Below, piece by piece: positions 27,301-39,774 of a stretch of 64,000 bases of DNA (the first letter of the stretch is position 1; every line of letters begins with the position of its first letter). The translations under genes and the position numbers were made by a program. A model generated the notes under the pieces. The model ran no database searches, had not been told where the DNA came from, and saw only the letters and a list, made by a program, of their open reading frames with translations. This DNA comes from Trichosphaerium sp. ATCC 40318 (taxonomy: Eukaryota; Protista; Tubulinea). The stretch is taken from contig JALMLS010000621.1 in the NCBI GenBank assembly GCA_038496445.1, forward strand, positions 62,001 to 126,000. Reading direction: 5' to 3'.

Positions 27301-30300
27301 CATCAAATATCATATCTCCATCAAAGTCGAAAAATGAAATATTCAAAATACCGTCAGAGTCATTGTCATCACTTGCTCCTTGATTCGGAGGAGCAACTTC
27401 TTCTCCTGATCTGATTGGAGAACATAGAATGTACGCTGTGTTTGGCAGAACACCATCAGCAGTTGTGAATGAGTAGATACCCATCGAATCTGTCATTGTA
27501 CGAACAATCTCAGTTCCATCACTTCGCAGTAATACAACTGGATAAGATGCGATGCCAGGATCAGAAGGGTCTAGAAATCATGTTAAGAAGTCTTCAGAAC
27601 ATAGATATAGGTACCCTTAATTCCGTTCGTGTTCACGTCAGAAAAGACAAGATCGCCAATGACAATCTCAGGTGTCACCACACCAAAGTCAATGGTGTCG
27701 TCAGTAACGCCAGGCATAGGCGATGTCTAAATCAGATTAATAAAATAAGACCCAAAGGTAAAAAGGCGTACAAAATCAACACATGAAGCTGGATCGTTTG
27801 AACCATCCATGTTAAAGTCAAAAGTACGAGAATCACCATCAGAGTCAATAGTGTCGTCAGCACCAACATTTATGGTGGTTGAAGATTCTGTGATCAACAG
27901 TTCGACACACATGATGTATTGTGTCGTTTGGAGAAGACCGTCTGCTGTACCGAACGTTGCCATACCCATACTGTCAGTCATACGTCGTACAATCTCTGTT
28001 CCATCAGGAAGTAGTATGACCACATTCCGTCCAGGAAGAGGAGAATCCATGGCATCTTGAATACCATTTTCATTGACGGCGTCAGAAAACACAGTAGGGG
28101 TTATGGTAATTGTTCGAGATATGAAACCAAAATCATAGTTCATGTTAGACATGCCAGTACTAGGTGAAACCTAAAAAATAAAATAATCAACTAAAGTGCT
28201 TTTAAGTAAGAAAAAAAAATAGGTCTTACAAGGTCAATGCAAGATGCGCGATCTAGCATCATGTTTGGTGGATTCGATAAATCCAATGTACGTATAACAC
28301 CATCAGAGTCGATGGTATCATCAGCACCTTGGTTTGCGATCGAAGGATCTTGGTCAGTTGGAAGTGGAGTGCAAATGGTGTATTGAGTATCTGGTGCTAT
28401 TCCCTCACTTGTATCGAACGTGTAAATACCGTTCATGTCAGTCGTCTTTCTCAATATTTCCATCCCTGCACTAGAGTATAGTATCACGTCGTAATTGGCG
28501 AGAGGCATATCAACAGCATCTTGGTAAAGGAGTTATAAAAGGGAACGTTCAATGCATTTTAAAAAAACTTGAGGCTATCAGTTAAGCTGTACCTTGAATG
28601 CCATTACCGTTCGCATCAAAAAATATAAAGTCTCCAATAAACTGTGTTGGTGTGGTGATACCCAAATCAACATCTGGATTAGTATCACCAAGCGCTGGAC
28701 TCGTCTACAAGGATATAAGAAAAATAATCAAATAAAAAAGAAAAAAAACAAAAAAAGACATACGACTGAAGCACATGAGGCTGGTTCTGCAACAGAGTCA
28801 CCATCAAAATCAAAAGAGCTTGGTACTCCATCAGAATCATCAGTTGGATCCATGCCAACACCACTCGGAGAAGCCAGTTCGCCGACCAACAATGGAACAC
28901 AGATAATATAATTCGTGTTTGGTACAATGTTGTCATCAATTGTATTGAATTCATAAGATCCTGTAATCCTCGAAGTCGTTGTAGATACGAGACTTCTGTC
29001 GTTTGCATTTAAAATCACAACCTGTCTCATCTGTACCCCAACATCTCCAGGATCTACCAAACAGAAATAAGCAAATGCAATTCTTTAAACATAAGACAAA
29101 CAAAATACAAACCTTGAAGGCCGTCTTCGTTGTTATCAAAGAAAACAAAGTCACCAATTGATATTGTTTGCGGAATAAATCCAAAGTCAAGCGATAGATC
29201 AGAACTACCGAGGCTTGGAGTCGTCTATTTAGGATGATTAGAAACTAGTAAATAACCAATTTTCGAAGAAAAAAAAAACATACAACAATAGTGCAAGAGG
29301 CAGGTTCATCGATCATGTCTCCATTGATGTCGAAAGCAGCAAGGACACCATCTGAATCAGCTGTATCATCCATGCCAATATCATTAAATGTGGGTTGCTC
29401 TCCAGCCCTGATTGAAACACAAATGATGTAGTCTGCGTTTGGTTGAATGCCATCGAATGTATTAAAGTCGTAATTGCCATTCACATCTGTGATGGTTCTC
29501 GCAACGACATTATCTGCCATGCTGATTATAACGACATCAGTGCCTTGAATGGCGACATCCATGGCATCTAATCAGAAATTAAACAAATAAAGAAAACCAA
29601 GTTTATCTTCAACGCTACCTTGAAGACCATCTCTATTGCTATCAAGGAACACATAGTTTCCAATTGTAACAATTTCAATATTTACAAATCCAAAATCAGT
29701 TGTGAAGTCGGTGATACCCAAACCAGCTGATATCTAAAGGAATTGGTGTAAGTCACTAAATAATTGTAAAAAACATACAAGGTTGGCACATGATGCATCA
29801 TCAAGTACACCATTGCCATCAAAATCAAAGAAATCCGCTTGAAGAGATCCATCAGAGTCCTGAGCGTCACTTGGACCTTGGTTGGCTTGTGTTGGTTCTT
29901 CACCAAATCGTATCGCAACACAAATGGTGTAAGGAGTGTTTGGCATGACACCATCAGCCAGGTTGAATGAGTACAGTCCATCAATATCTGACACGGTACG
30001 TGCAAGCTCAGTTCCGTCACTACGGAAGATGACGACCGTCTGTCCTTGAATTGGAGTATCGGATCCTGAGAAAAATAAGAAAAGATGTGTATGGTGGAAT
30101 GATGTTTACCTTGCTGGATACCATCAGAATTCACATCAAAGAAGATGAAGTCACCAACATCTTGTCTTGCGATACCAAAGTCAGTTGTATCATGTGTCAT
30201 AGCGGGTCCAGGAGCAGTCTAAATACATCAACAATCAACAAACGTGTGATATAAACGTACAAGTGATGCACAGGAAGCTGGTTCCAGGGTGGCATCTTGA

Positions 30301-33300
30301 GGAACTGTAAAATCATATGATGACAATAATCCATCAGAGTCACGAGCATCGCTCGGTCCTTGATTTGCATTTGATGGAAGTTCACTTGGAAGCAATAAGA
30401 CACATATCTCATACATCTCGTTCGCAATGACACCAGTATCTGTGTCGAATGTGAAAATACCAGAACCGTCAGTATCGGTTCTCGCTACTTCCATCCCACC
30501 AAACAACAATACAACCTGTCTCATCATGACAGGTGTGTCGAACATATCTTGGATTGCAGCACCGTCTTCATCGAAAAATACAAATCCTTCAATGACACTT
30601 GGTTGTTCTACAAATCCGAAATCGTAGTTCAAGTTGTTAACTCCAGTGAATGGCGATGTCTAAAAAAAGAAAAAAAAAAGTAAACAATGAGCTGTTAAAC
30701 AAATGAATACGTACAAAATCAAGACATGAAGCCCTATCAGGCATGCCATCAGGTGGTATGGATACATCAACCATACGTAGAACACCATCGGAATCAATTG
30801 TCCTGTCTGAACCCACTGAAGTTGCTGCTGGGTTGTGTACATCTGGGATCAATGTACAGATAGTGTACAATGTGCTGGGATCCAATCCATCGATTGTACC
30901 AAACATGTAAAATCCAAGGTTGTTCGAATTTGTACTGCTAACACGCACACTCATACTGTCAAATAACACTACAGGATTCATGGCTACAGGTGTATCTCCA
31001 CCATCTAAAAAGTTATAAGCGCCAATTAACCTTGTGTTTGACACGAGGTACCTTGTAGGCCATCTCTGTTTACGTCAGTGAAAATAAAGTCACCAATAAA
31101 TTGATCTGGGGTGATAAGACCAAAATCAATGTCCAAGTTTGTTGTACCAAGAACAGGGCTCGTCTAATTAAAAGTTTAGTGTTAGCGAATGAAGAAAAAA
31201 CAACTTAAAACGCACAAAAGATGCACAACTGGCGTCTTCTTGAACTGTGTCCATGTTAAAATCAAAGGATAATAAACTACCATCAGAATCAAGCATGTCA
31301 TCAGAACCTTGGTTCGCTGTTGTTGGTAGCTCTCCCAATACGATTTGTACACATATGGTATAAAGTGTGCTTGGAGTAATGCCATCAAAAGTGTCAAATG
31401 TAAACAATCCAGATGAGTCTGTTGTTGTTCTAGCAATCTCAAGGCCGCTACCGCCAGTCTCAAATATAACGACAGTGCGAGTTTGAACAGGAACATCACC
31501 GGAATCTAAACGTTCATAAGTGACAAAAACAAAAAAGAACATTCAATCAAAAATTGCATTTTTTAATTGTACCTTGAATGCCATCGTTATTGATGTCAAA
31601 GAAGACTCTATCACCCATCGTGATGGTTTGAGCAACAAATCCAAAATCTATTGTTAGATCGGACTCGCCTAAAAGCGGTGCAGTCTAGGAAGTACATTAG
31701 ATCAACCGAGTATATTATAAAGTGAGCACTTACGACACTAGCGCACGATGCAGGTCTGAGCAACATATCATTATCAAAGTCATATGAGTCAATGAACCCA
31801 TCTGAATCACGCATGTCTGAGGGACCTTGATTGGCAGCGGTGGGTTCTTCATCAGCTCTAATCGTAGTGCAAATCACATATGGCATGCTAGCTTCAACAC
31901 CAGACATTGTGTTAAATAAGTACAGCCCATCCGAGTCTGTTATAGTGCGGCTGACTTCCATTCCACCTTGTATTAACACCACAGTGGCACCAATGATTGG
32001 AACATCAGGCATATCTAAGCATGTTATTTTTGGTTGATAACAATAATTATTTTTCTGTTTACCTTGAATACCGTCTCTGTTGGTATCGAAAAACACATAA
32101 TCACCGATTTCGATGTCTAATGTCAACAAACCGAAATCGATCGTAATATCAGTCTGACCTGGTATTGGTGATCTCTGTGGGTATTGTTAGAACTGAGTGA
32201 AAACTATTAACATACAATTAATGTGCAAGATGCTGGATCACCCATCATGTCTCCATCAAAATCAAACATGGAGTCACTGCCATCAGAGTCGATGGTGGAA
32301 TCGATACCCGCAGTTGTTGAAGTTGAAGCTTCGTTTGTGATGAGTTGTACACAAACAAGATAATCTGTTGCTGGTTCTATTAAAGGTGTTGCAAATGAGT
32401 ATGCACCGGATACATCAGTTGTTGTTCTTGATACTTCAGTGCCATCAGGTAGAAGTACAACAACAGTTCTCATTGAAACAGGAATATCTGTGCCATCTTG
32501 GAGACCGTCTGCGTTCTCATCAAAAAACACGTAATTGCCAATAGCTACTGGCATTATGATAAATCCAAATCCGATTGTTCTATCGTCAATACCCAGAGCA
32601 GGAGACGTCTAAGCAATATGAGTTAACACCATACCAATTTTGATAATTAATAGCACGTACAATACCAACACATGAAGCCGCTTCAGTCATGCCATTAGGA
32701 GGTATTGTAAAGTCAGCCATACTCAACACGCCATCAGAGTCGATGTTATCGTCGACACCAGCGTTTGTCGCAGTTGGCTCATCGAACATGCGTATGCGAA
32801 CACAAATGGTGTATGTAGTGTCAGGCAGTACGCCATCCATTGTATCGAAAGTAAAGATACCCATTGGATCTGAAGACGTGATGGATACTCTCATACCATT
32901 CATGTCCAACAAAACAATATCTGCACCGTTAATTGGTGTGTCACCCATATCTAAATCAAGAAAAATGTGAGAACAATCATTTTAATCACGTGTTTTGGTT
33001 TTTTTGGTATTACCGAATATGCCGTTTCTATTTTCGTCCAAAAACACTTGATCTCCAAGAGCTTGTTGAGGTCGAACAATACCGAAATCAAGTGTGAGGT
33101 CACTGATACCAACAGGAGGAGTAAGAATGTCGCGACAAGATGCGAAATCAAATGTAGAATCTCCATCAAAGTCGTAACTGCCTTGAGTACCATCAGAATC
33201 GATGGATCTATCAGAGCCAACTCTTGTTGGTGATAGAATCTCGCCGACAAGGACAGGTATGCACACAGAGTATTGTGTTAGAGGGGTAAGAGCCACATTA

Positions 33301-36300
33301 TCCAGTAGGTACATGCCTAACATGTTTGTGGTAGATCTTGTTATTTCTGTACTGGATTGATCAATAATAACAACAATACGTCCAGGAACAGGTTCGTCAC
33401 CAGCATCTGTTTTTAAAACCATCTTAGCAAATCACAAATATTTATTTAGGGTATTAAATATTTTAGTTATCCTAGGCCCCTTAGTAGCGTACCTTGTATG
33501 CCATTATTGTTAACATCAAGGAACACAAAATCACCAATGAGAACCGGCGGCGCTAAAGTACATTGTTAGTGCTTTACATTTAAACAAAAGAAGAAATCTT
33601 ACGCGTTGGAGCGAGCGTTGTTGGTGGTTCTGTTGTTGGTGGTGCCGTTGTTGGTGGTTCGGTTGTTGGTGGCTCTGTAGTTGGTGGTGCTGTTGTTGGT
33701 GGTTCCGTTGTTGGCGGTTCTGTTGTTGGTGGTTCTGTAGTTGGTGGTTCCGTTGTTGGTGGTTCCGTTGTTGGTGGTTCCGTTGTTGGCGGCTCTGTGG
33801 TTGGTGGTGCCGTTGTTGGTGGTTCCGTTGTTGGTGGTTCCGTAGTAGGTGGTTCCGTTGTTGGTGGCGCCGTTGTTGGTGGCTCTGTAGTTGGTGGTTC
33901 CGTTGTTGGTGGTTCGGTTGTTGGTGGTGCTGTAGTTGGTGGCAACGTAGGAGCTTCTGTAGTTGGTGGTTCTGTAGTTGGAGGTTCCGTAGTAGGTGGT
34001 TCCGTTGTTGGTGGCGCCGTTGTTGGTGGCTCTGTAGTTGGTGGTTCGGTTGTTGGTGGTTCCGTTGTTGGTGGTGCTGTAGTTGGTGGTTCCGTAGGAG
34101 CTTCTGTTGTTGGTGGCTCTGTAGTTGGTGGTTCCGTTGTTGGAGGTTCTGTCGTTGGAGGTGCCGTAGTTGGTGGCCCTGTAGGAACCATAGTTGTTGG
34201 TGGTTCTGTAGTTGGTGGTTCTGTCGTTGGAGGCTCTGTGGTTGGTGGTTCTGTAGTTGGAGGCTCCGTTGTTGGTGGTTCTGTACTTGGTGGTTCCGTT
34301 GTTGGTGGTGCCGTTGTTGGTGGTCTTGTAGGAACCATAGTTGTTGGTGGCGCTGTAGTTGGTGGCAACGTAGGAGCTTCTGTTGTTGGTGGCTCTGTAG
34401 TTGGTGGTTCCGTTGTAGGTGGTATTGGCTCGTGACATATACCTAGATCAATGTTGTGGTTCCTGTAGCCTGTGGAAGGGATAGAAATAGTGAATACTGC
34501 ATTGGAACCTGAACGCGTATAATCGTTGTCGTGTCTGTCACTTGTTCCAGCACCAGTAGTTGGTATTGTTACTATCATCAAGGGCATCTGTAAGGACTCT
34601 TGTGATAATGGAACAGTAATGGTCCAACTTGTGGCCCCAAAAAGGGGGGAAGAAGCACCAGCGGCGTAATACCTAAATATCAAATTAAGTTTTTTGTTCA
34701 GGTTGTTTTTTTTCTGTATAAAAGCTTACCCTCCGTTCGCCGTTACTACGGTTTCTGGTCTGCTCGAGGGGCCTCTATCTACCATCAGTCCGACATTATC
34801 TATTCCAGGCTCGCTTGGATCTTGAATGCCATCACAGTCAACATCTAGCCAAACATAGTTTCCGATTTGAATTGGTGGAACTAAGCAAAGAGGTTCTATT
34901 TCGCCAAGTCCTGTAGCTTTACCAAAGAATGAAGGATTGTCATCACTATCGTATAGTATATTCGCTAAAACTTTCTGACCAACAGCTGTATTGTGATTTG
35001 TAATACCAGCAGTATTAGCACTCGTTTCACCATTGACAGGATCTATTTGAGTGAAGATCATTTCACCAGTACCTGAAAAACAAAACGCCGTCAATACAAA
35101 CGATAACAACAAAAATTAAAGTTAAAACTTGAGTTCGCTTACCTATCACTGTTGTTACAGTGCCTACAAACGTTTCTTGATGAAAAGCTTGACCTAATAT
35201 AGGGGCATTTATGTATACATCATCAGAAAAGAACTCTGCGTCAACCATTTCGTTATCAAGGCTTGAATCTATGTAAGCAGTATAACCACCGCATGTCGCA
35301 GCTCCTACTGCTCCAGTTTCTTTTGTATAAGTTCCTTAAATTAAAAAAATGAGACACACGTGATTAATTACAAAAAAGGAAGGTGTTTGTACCGGATCCA
35401 TCATTTGAGAAACATATTGCATCACCACCAACATCGCCTGCCATATCAGATCCACGGGCGCCTGTTTGACTGCCGAATCTATCTGAAAACGCTAATATCA
35501 TGTTGTGTTGCTCATCAAATGCAATACCAGATAGGATAGGCTGTGGGTGCGCAACTATAAAAGAATAAACAAAAAAGTAACTGAAAAATGATTACGGCTG
35601 ATGTTCTGTACGTACACTCTGAAAAGCAGTTTGGAAGCATGGAAATATCATCAAGCCATGCATTCCACTGTATCCATTCTTGTTCTATGGTATTTGGACT
35701 GCAGTCGAGTGCAGGTTGGCGATCAAAATCCATCCCTTCTTCTACTATCTATGAGAGAAAACGTTTAGTTTTAGTAGACAGGAAACAAAATAATTAATAA
35801 TTCCTGCGTACATTCGTCCAAGAGAATGCCACCGTACCAAAGTCGTCTGCTGGCGCGCTGTATACGTAATACATCAAGTCAGATCTCATTTGAGTTGATT
35901 GAGCGGTACAAACTATACCAATGTACAGTATGCCCTCGTGGTACCTTAAAAAGCACATGTGAGAAGAAACGATACAAAGTTTTTGTTAAAAACTACGAAA
36001 CTTCGCTTGTAAATAGCTGCGTTAAAAAAAAGCCATAGTAAGTACGCACGTGACACCGAATGGGCGAAAATTTAAGTTTAACTCTCCGCCTGGCGTAGCT
36101 GCGTCTACAACACAGGAAGCTATTCATTGTAAGCATAGCAAATAAATGTTTAAAAATAACAACAAAACAAACAACAATTAAGCCACGTGATAAAAAAGCT
36201 ACCTGGATTGGTGGGTATATCTTCAGATGAAATGTCACTCATTGTAATATCTGCTGGCATTTCCGCCACATCTAAGTAGTTTGTAAATAAACAAGAAGGA

Positions 36301-37666
36301 AGTAAAAATAGGTGGGAAAAAAAAACAACAAGCATACCAATATCAATGCGAACAACAGTTCGAGAAAATAGATTGACAACATAGACGAATTCTTCATCAT
36401 CGCTAATATCCATACCACCGAAACCATGCTTTCCAACAAGAGGAATTGCTAATGCATCAGTGTCCAAATCATTGCTATGCAACTGAGAATTTAGCAAATC
36501 TGTTGCTGGTGACCCGAGAGCTTCCATATCAATTGTTTGCACAATATTACAGCCCATCGAGGCTGTATCGAACAAACGATATATAGTCGATGGCGTTTGT
36601 CCGGTAATATAGCCAACGTGTGCTTTTTGGTAAGAACCTGAAACACATTAATACCAAACTTACCAACTTAGCTCTCTATCTACTATATAAAAAGCCGAAA
36701 GTGTGGACGTACTGGCAAATATTTGAGTAGTCATAGGAGAGTATGCAATACCCCATATAGGGCCTGTTTCAGGTGCGTTGCATACTGTTGTTGGAGCAAC
36801 AGAAGCAGCCGCATTATTAAAAAACGTGGGATCGCTTACAATATTTGTACCGACTGTATTTGCTTTTGTTACTAAAGTAGCTTCCTGAATGGATTGATCA
36901 CCTGTTAAATTATTTGTTACAAAATTGTCACGTGATGAAGGGAAAAAAAAAAAAAAACAAAGAAAATAGTTTCAAAAGCCTATTTATTTGTGAACTCTGA
37001 CGCGATGTTTTCAGAAAACGTACCTCCAACAAAGCAAGTGGATAGGATATCAAACGATAGGCGTACTCCGGGCATTATATCGCCATTACAGAAATCGTGA
37101 ATAATAGATAAAGGAATATCTGCTGCAGTTTCAGGGCCTGTAAATACATACGTCGCAGCAATCACTGCGCCCCCATCAGCATTTATTGAAGAAGATGTCA
37201 CGAATTGTGTCGGGGCATTGACTACCTCTAATCTCAAAGGAATCACTGATATCGGAGTTAGTTGAACTATTTTATAAAAACGTTTGGGTTTTTTTCCATC
37301 TGCTTTAAAAAAACCATGTTAAAAGCAACACTTACTATCAGCTACAGTTAAAGTAAAAGTTCCATCTGCTATTGTTGTATCAGTAGCTACCATCGCATTT
37401 GCGTCGTCATAAGCTTCTATGACAACGTCGATAATTCCTAGTTGAAAGGGTTTAGTGACTTTAAACTGTTTGAATGGTCACATGATTGCCAAACAAAATT
37501 ATTTGTATTAGACCTGACTTGGTTCTTAACAGCGCGTACCAGGTTCTAAAGCATCCCTTCTACCATCGAAATCAAAGTCACGGAATACAGTACCGCTTAT
37601 ATCAGCAACTGAAAGGCTGAATAGCGACAATAAAGCCATCACAAACAGTGAAAAAGTATAACACAT
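8567..37666 (-). CDS. Giant secreted SdrD-B-like repeat protein (adhesin/cell-coat-like), paralog A; ~100 introns, est. ~7,500 aa
   Basis: ATG at 37666: MCYTFSLFVMALLSLFSLSVA (signal peptide), then DISGTVFRDFDFDGRRDALEPG. This is followed by a head domain, a PPTTE linker and ~49 repeats of IGDxVFxDxNxDGxQD...VVL...TTDxxGxYxF...YxIC...NQGxDDxxDSDG...FDFDGD...ASC...DFGF split by GT-AG introns. The C-terminus has GDPHFVGFNGQKFDF, and the last exon ends ...SLDGFVE* (stop 8569-8567). Confidence 0.88.
9820..33552 (-). repeat. Tandem array of ~49 SdrD-B-like domains (~480 bp each incl. introns), with 5-unit higher-order period (~2.4 kb)
   Basis: Manual count of recurring exon units. Near-identical units recur every ~2.4 kb, e.g. 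ORFs 18059-18445, 20392-20841, 22752-23264 and 16588-16884, 19020-19283, 21404-21670. Confidence 0.85.
33604..34433 (-). repeat. Coding 15-bp minisatellite, (PPTTE/PPTTA)n mucin-like linker, ~55 units (gene A)
   Basis: ORF 33580-34683 translation; ggtggttc(t/c)gt(a/t)gtt units on the + strand. Confidence 0.9.
34870..37100 (-). other. N-terminal head domain of gene A (bacterial-type, probable beta-propeller-like)
   Basis: Spliced motifs: GPIWGIAYS, VGKHGFGGMDISDDEEFVYVVNLFSR, RPFG...YHEGILYIGIVCTA, WNAW, HPQPILSGIAFD...LAFSDRFG, HQETFVG, FGKATGLGEIEPLC, leading into IQIGNYVWLDVDCDGIQDPSEPG. Confidence 0.65.
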
Positions 37667-39540
37667 GAGGAATGGCTTTAACCCAGTGAGTTTTTTCTGT
37701 AGAATAAAAGTAATAATTCACGTTTTCTTACACAAAAATTACAACTTGAAAGCGATAATTTATTTACAAAGAACTACAGGGTGGCGTATTATTAACAATT
37801 AAAAAGATAAAGCCTTTGAAAGATTTTTCTAATGAGAGATTAAGTCACAAAGTTTGTATCTGTAGTTCCGAGATACTCCACAAAATTTAGTGGGGTGAAT
37901 AAACGCAATATTAAAGGTCCCCCGGACAAACATTACTAGAGTTAGTCAATATTACGTGAAATTGCCAGGTACTAGTAATTGAATACAAAAATAGGCAGTT
38001 TTTCTAACAATTTAACAATATGTTGCCACTCCATTTAAGATAATTCTACGAAGGTCCGAGGATTCCCGAACGATTTGATGTGTAACATTACTATGTTTAG
38101 AATGCTTTGATACCTTTTTTTGAAACTTGTCTATTCCACACATCAAATAAAACCCGAGAGACTTTTATAAAAACACGTGATTATTTTTCTTGCAGAAAAC
38201 GATGCCGTCGCGGCACCAGCAAAGAAAAAAAACACAAAATACTTTGGTTCGAAAATAGTTCAAATCGTTCAAATTCCCTATTTTTTTTTACCTACAGAAT
38301 CGCCTGGGTTTTAGTTGGCTTATTAAAACAGTATTTTCAAGGGAAAAATGTGGGATTAGAAAGCATAGAACTGTAGTACATTACTCCGATAAAACCGTCT
38401 GTAGTACGCTGTACACATCTTGGTATTGACCCCAAAACAATAAATAGATAGTTTACAGCAATTTTGTATTTGATGTGATATTCGTAAAATAGTACCCGAA
38501 TCCTTTATTTCAAATCAAGGTATCATTTGAATAAAAACAAATCTTTCTTCATGGACCGAAAAAACAACCTTTCTTCATGGTGAGTGAACAAAAAAAGATC
38601 GAGGGTCGGGTTTTGTGAACAGTAAAGTAGATCTTTTCATTTCTAATTTAGCTCCGGCAAGCTTCTAAATATATTTACTTTGGGACATGCGAAATAGTTA
38701 CTAAACAAACATAGGGGCAGCATCGCTTATGAGACAGTTTCAGACATTTTTTTGAAAAAGTATGTCTTGAAAATGAAAAAATGTGTTGTTAAAACAATTG
38801 CTTTGACTGTCGGTACTTTTAGTCCGCACAGCATAAACGAATCGCAAAATGGGTTCTATACCTATAATTATAGCATCCTAGACACATGTAAAAAGTAGCA
38901 ATTGAAGATTAAGAAACTTCTTGAGGTGAGTAAAAACGTATCGAAAATTCTCGAAATTCGTCATATCAAAAATCTAAATTGTGTACATTTTGAAACTGTC
39001 TACGATGATGCCCATAGGTGGAGTGTAAAACTGCGCATACTCAAACAGAATTGAAACCTGCCCGAAATAAACCAAAAAGCCAGAGATATGCTTGAAAGCG
39101 ATATGGTAAAGAAACCAAAGCTGTTTGAGAACTACGTATGAAAAGTAAAGAATCTCCGTCAACACAATCTAATAGATCTTCGTTTTGCTAGTCATGTTAA
39201 GAAACTATGCATTTAACCTTATTCAACTGTTCAAAAGGTGAATGAACTCCCAATTGGTAATAAACACGTGGAACGACCAGAGTTTGTTTGCATTTTTTTT
39301 AGAGTACAGTTTTTATAGCGAAAACAATCTAACAATACTTACAGCTGCAACAGTTTGCAGTGTACCGTTCTCAAACTCTGAATATTGTAATTCGAATATT
39401 TTTGAATACAATATTAAAAATAGAATTTGAACAAAAATAGAACCAAAAAGTGCTATTTTGGTGGTGCAACAACGAAAATAGGGTTTGTTTTTTGAGTGCT
39501 TAAACTCATTACTTCAAATGTTACCAAAAAAGGGGCCATA

Positions 39541-39774
39541 GTTGTTTCCGAATTTTCCGAAAACAAAAATTCGAAAGTGTAGAAAGATGCAGAAAGATGC
39601 ATAGCTAGGGCAGTCCACTTAACTAGAAAGCGCCTGGTTCACTTACGGTCGGGTCCTCGCTGTGCTCGGAACTAGAACCCGACCTTCGCTCACATATAGT
39701 GATCCATTGGTGGGTATAGGCATTCGGTTTTTGTATCGAAATCTATTTTTTCTTTCGAAAAATTCGGAAAAAAC
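39541..39774. mobile_element. Possible MITE-like element (imperfect ~29-bp terminal inverted repeats, internal GC-rich hairpin)
   Basis: gttgtttccgaattttccgaaaacaaaaa (39541) pairs with the reverse complement of ttttttctttcgaaaaattcggaaaaaac (ends 39774) with ~4 mismatches. Internal stem ggtcgggt...acccgacc. No clear TSD. Confidence 0.3.

Noticed and set aside
9717-33422. Dozens of separate short genes or pseudogenes suggested by the ORF track
   Set aside because: Each ORF is an exon plus read-through into an intron; splicing restores one continuous frame wherever I checked.
33599-34438. Long alternative-frame ORFs (Asn/Thr-rich 33599-34438 and antisense VGGSV 33797-34435); possible CRISPR-like array
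   Set aside because: By-products of a stop-free 15-bp coding minisatellite; there are no unique spacers and no cas genes.
8567-37666. Bacterial contamination as the source of the SdrD-like genes
   Set aside because: The genes are split by dozens of phase-consistent GT-AG introns of the same style as the neighbouring SCAR, Rac and MRT4 genes.
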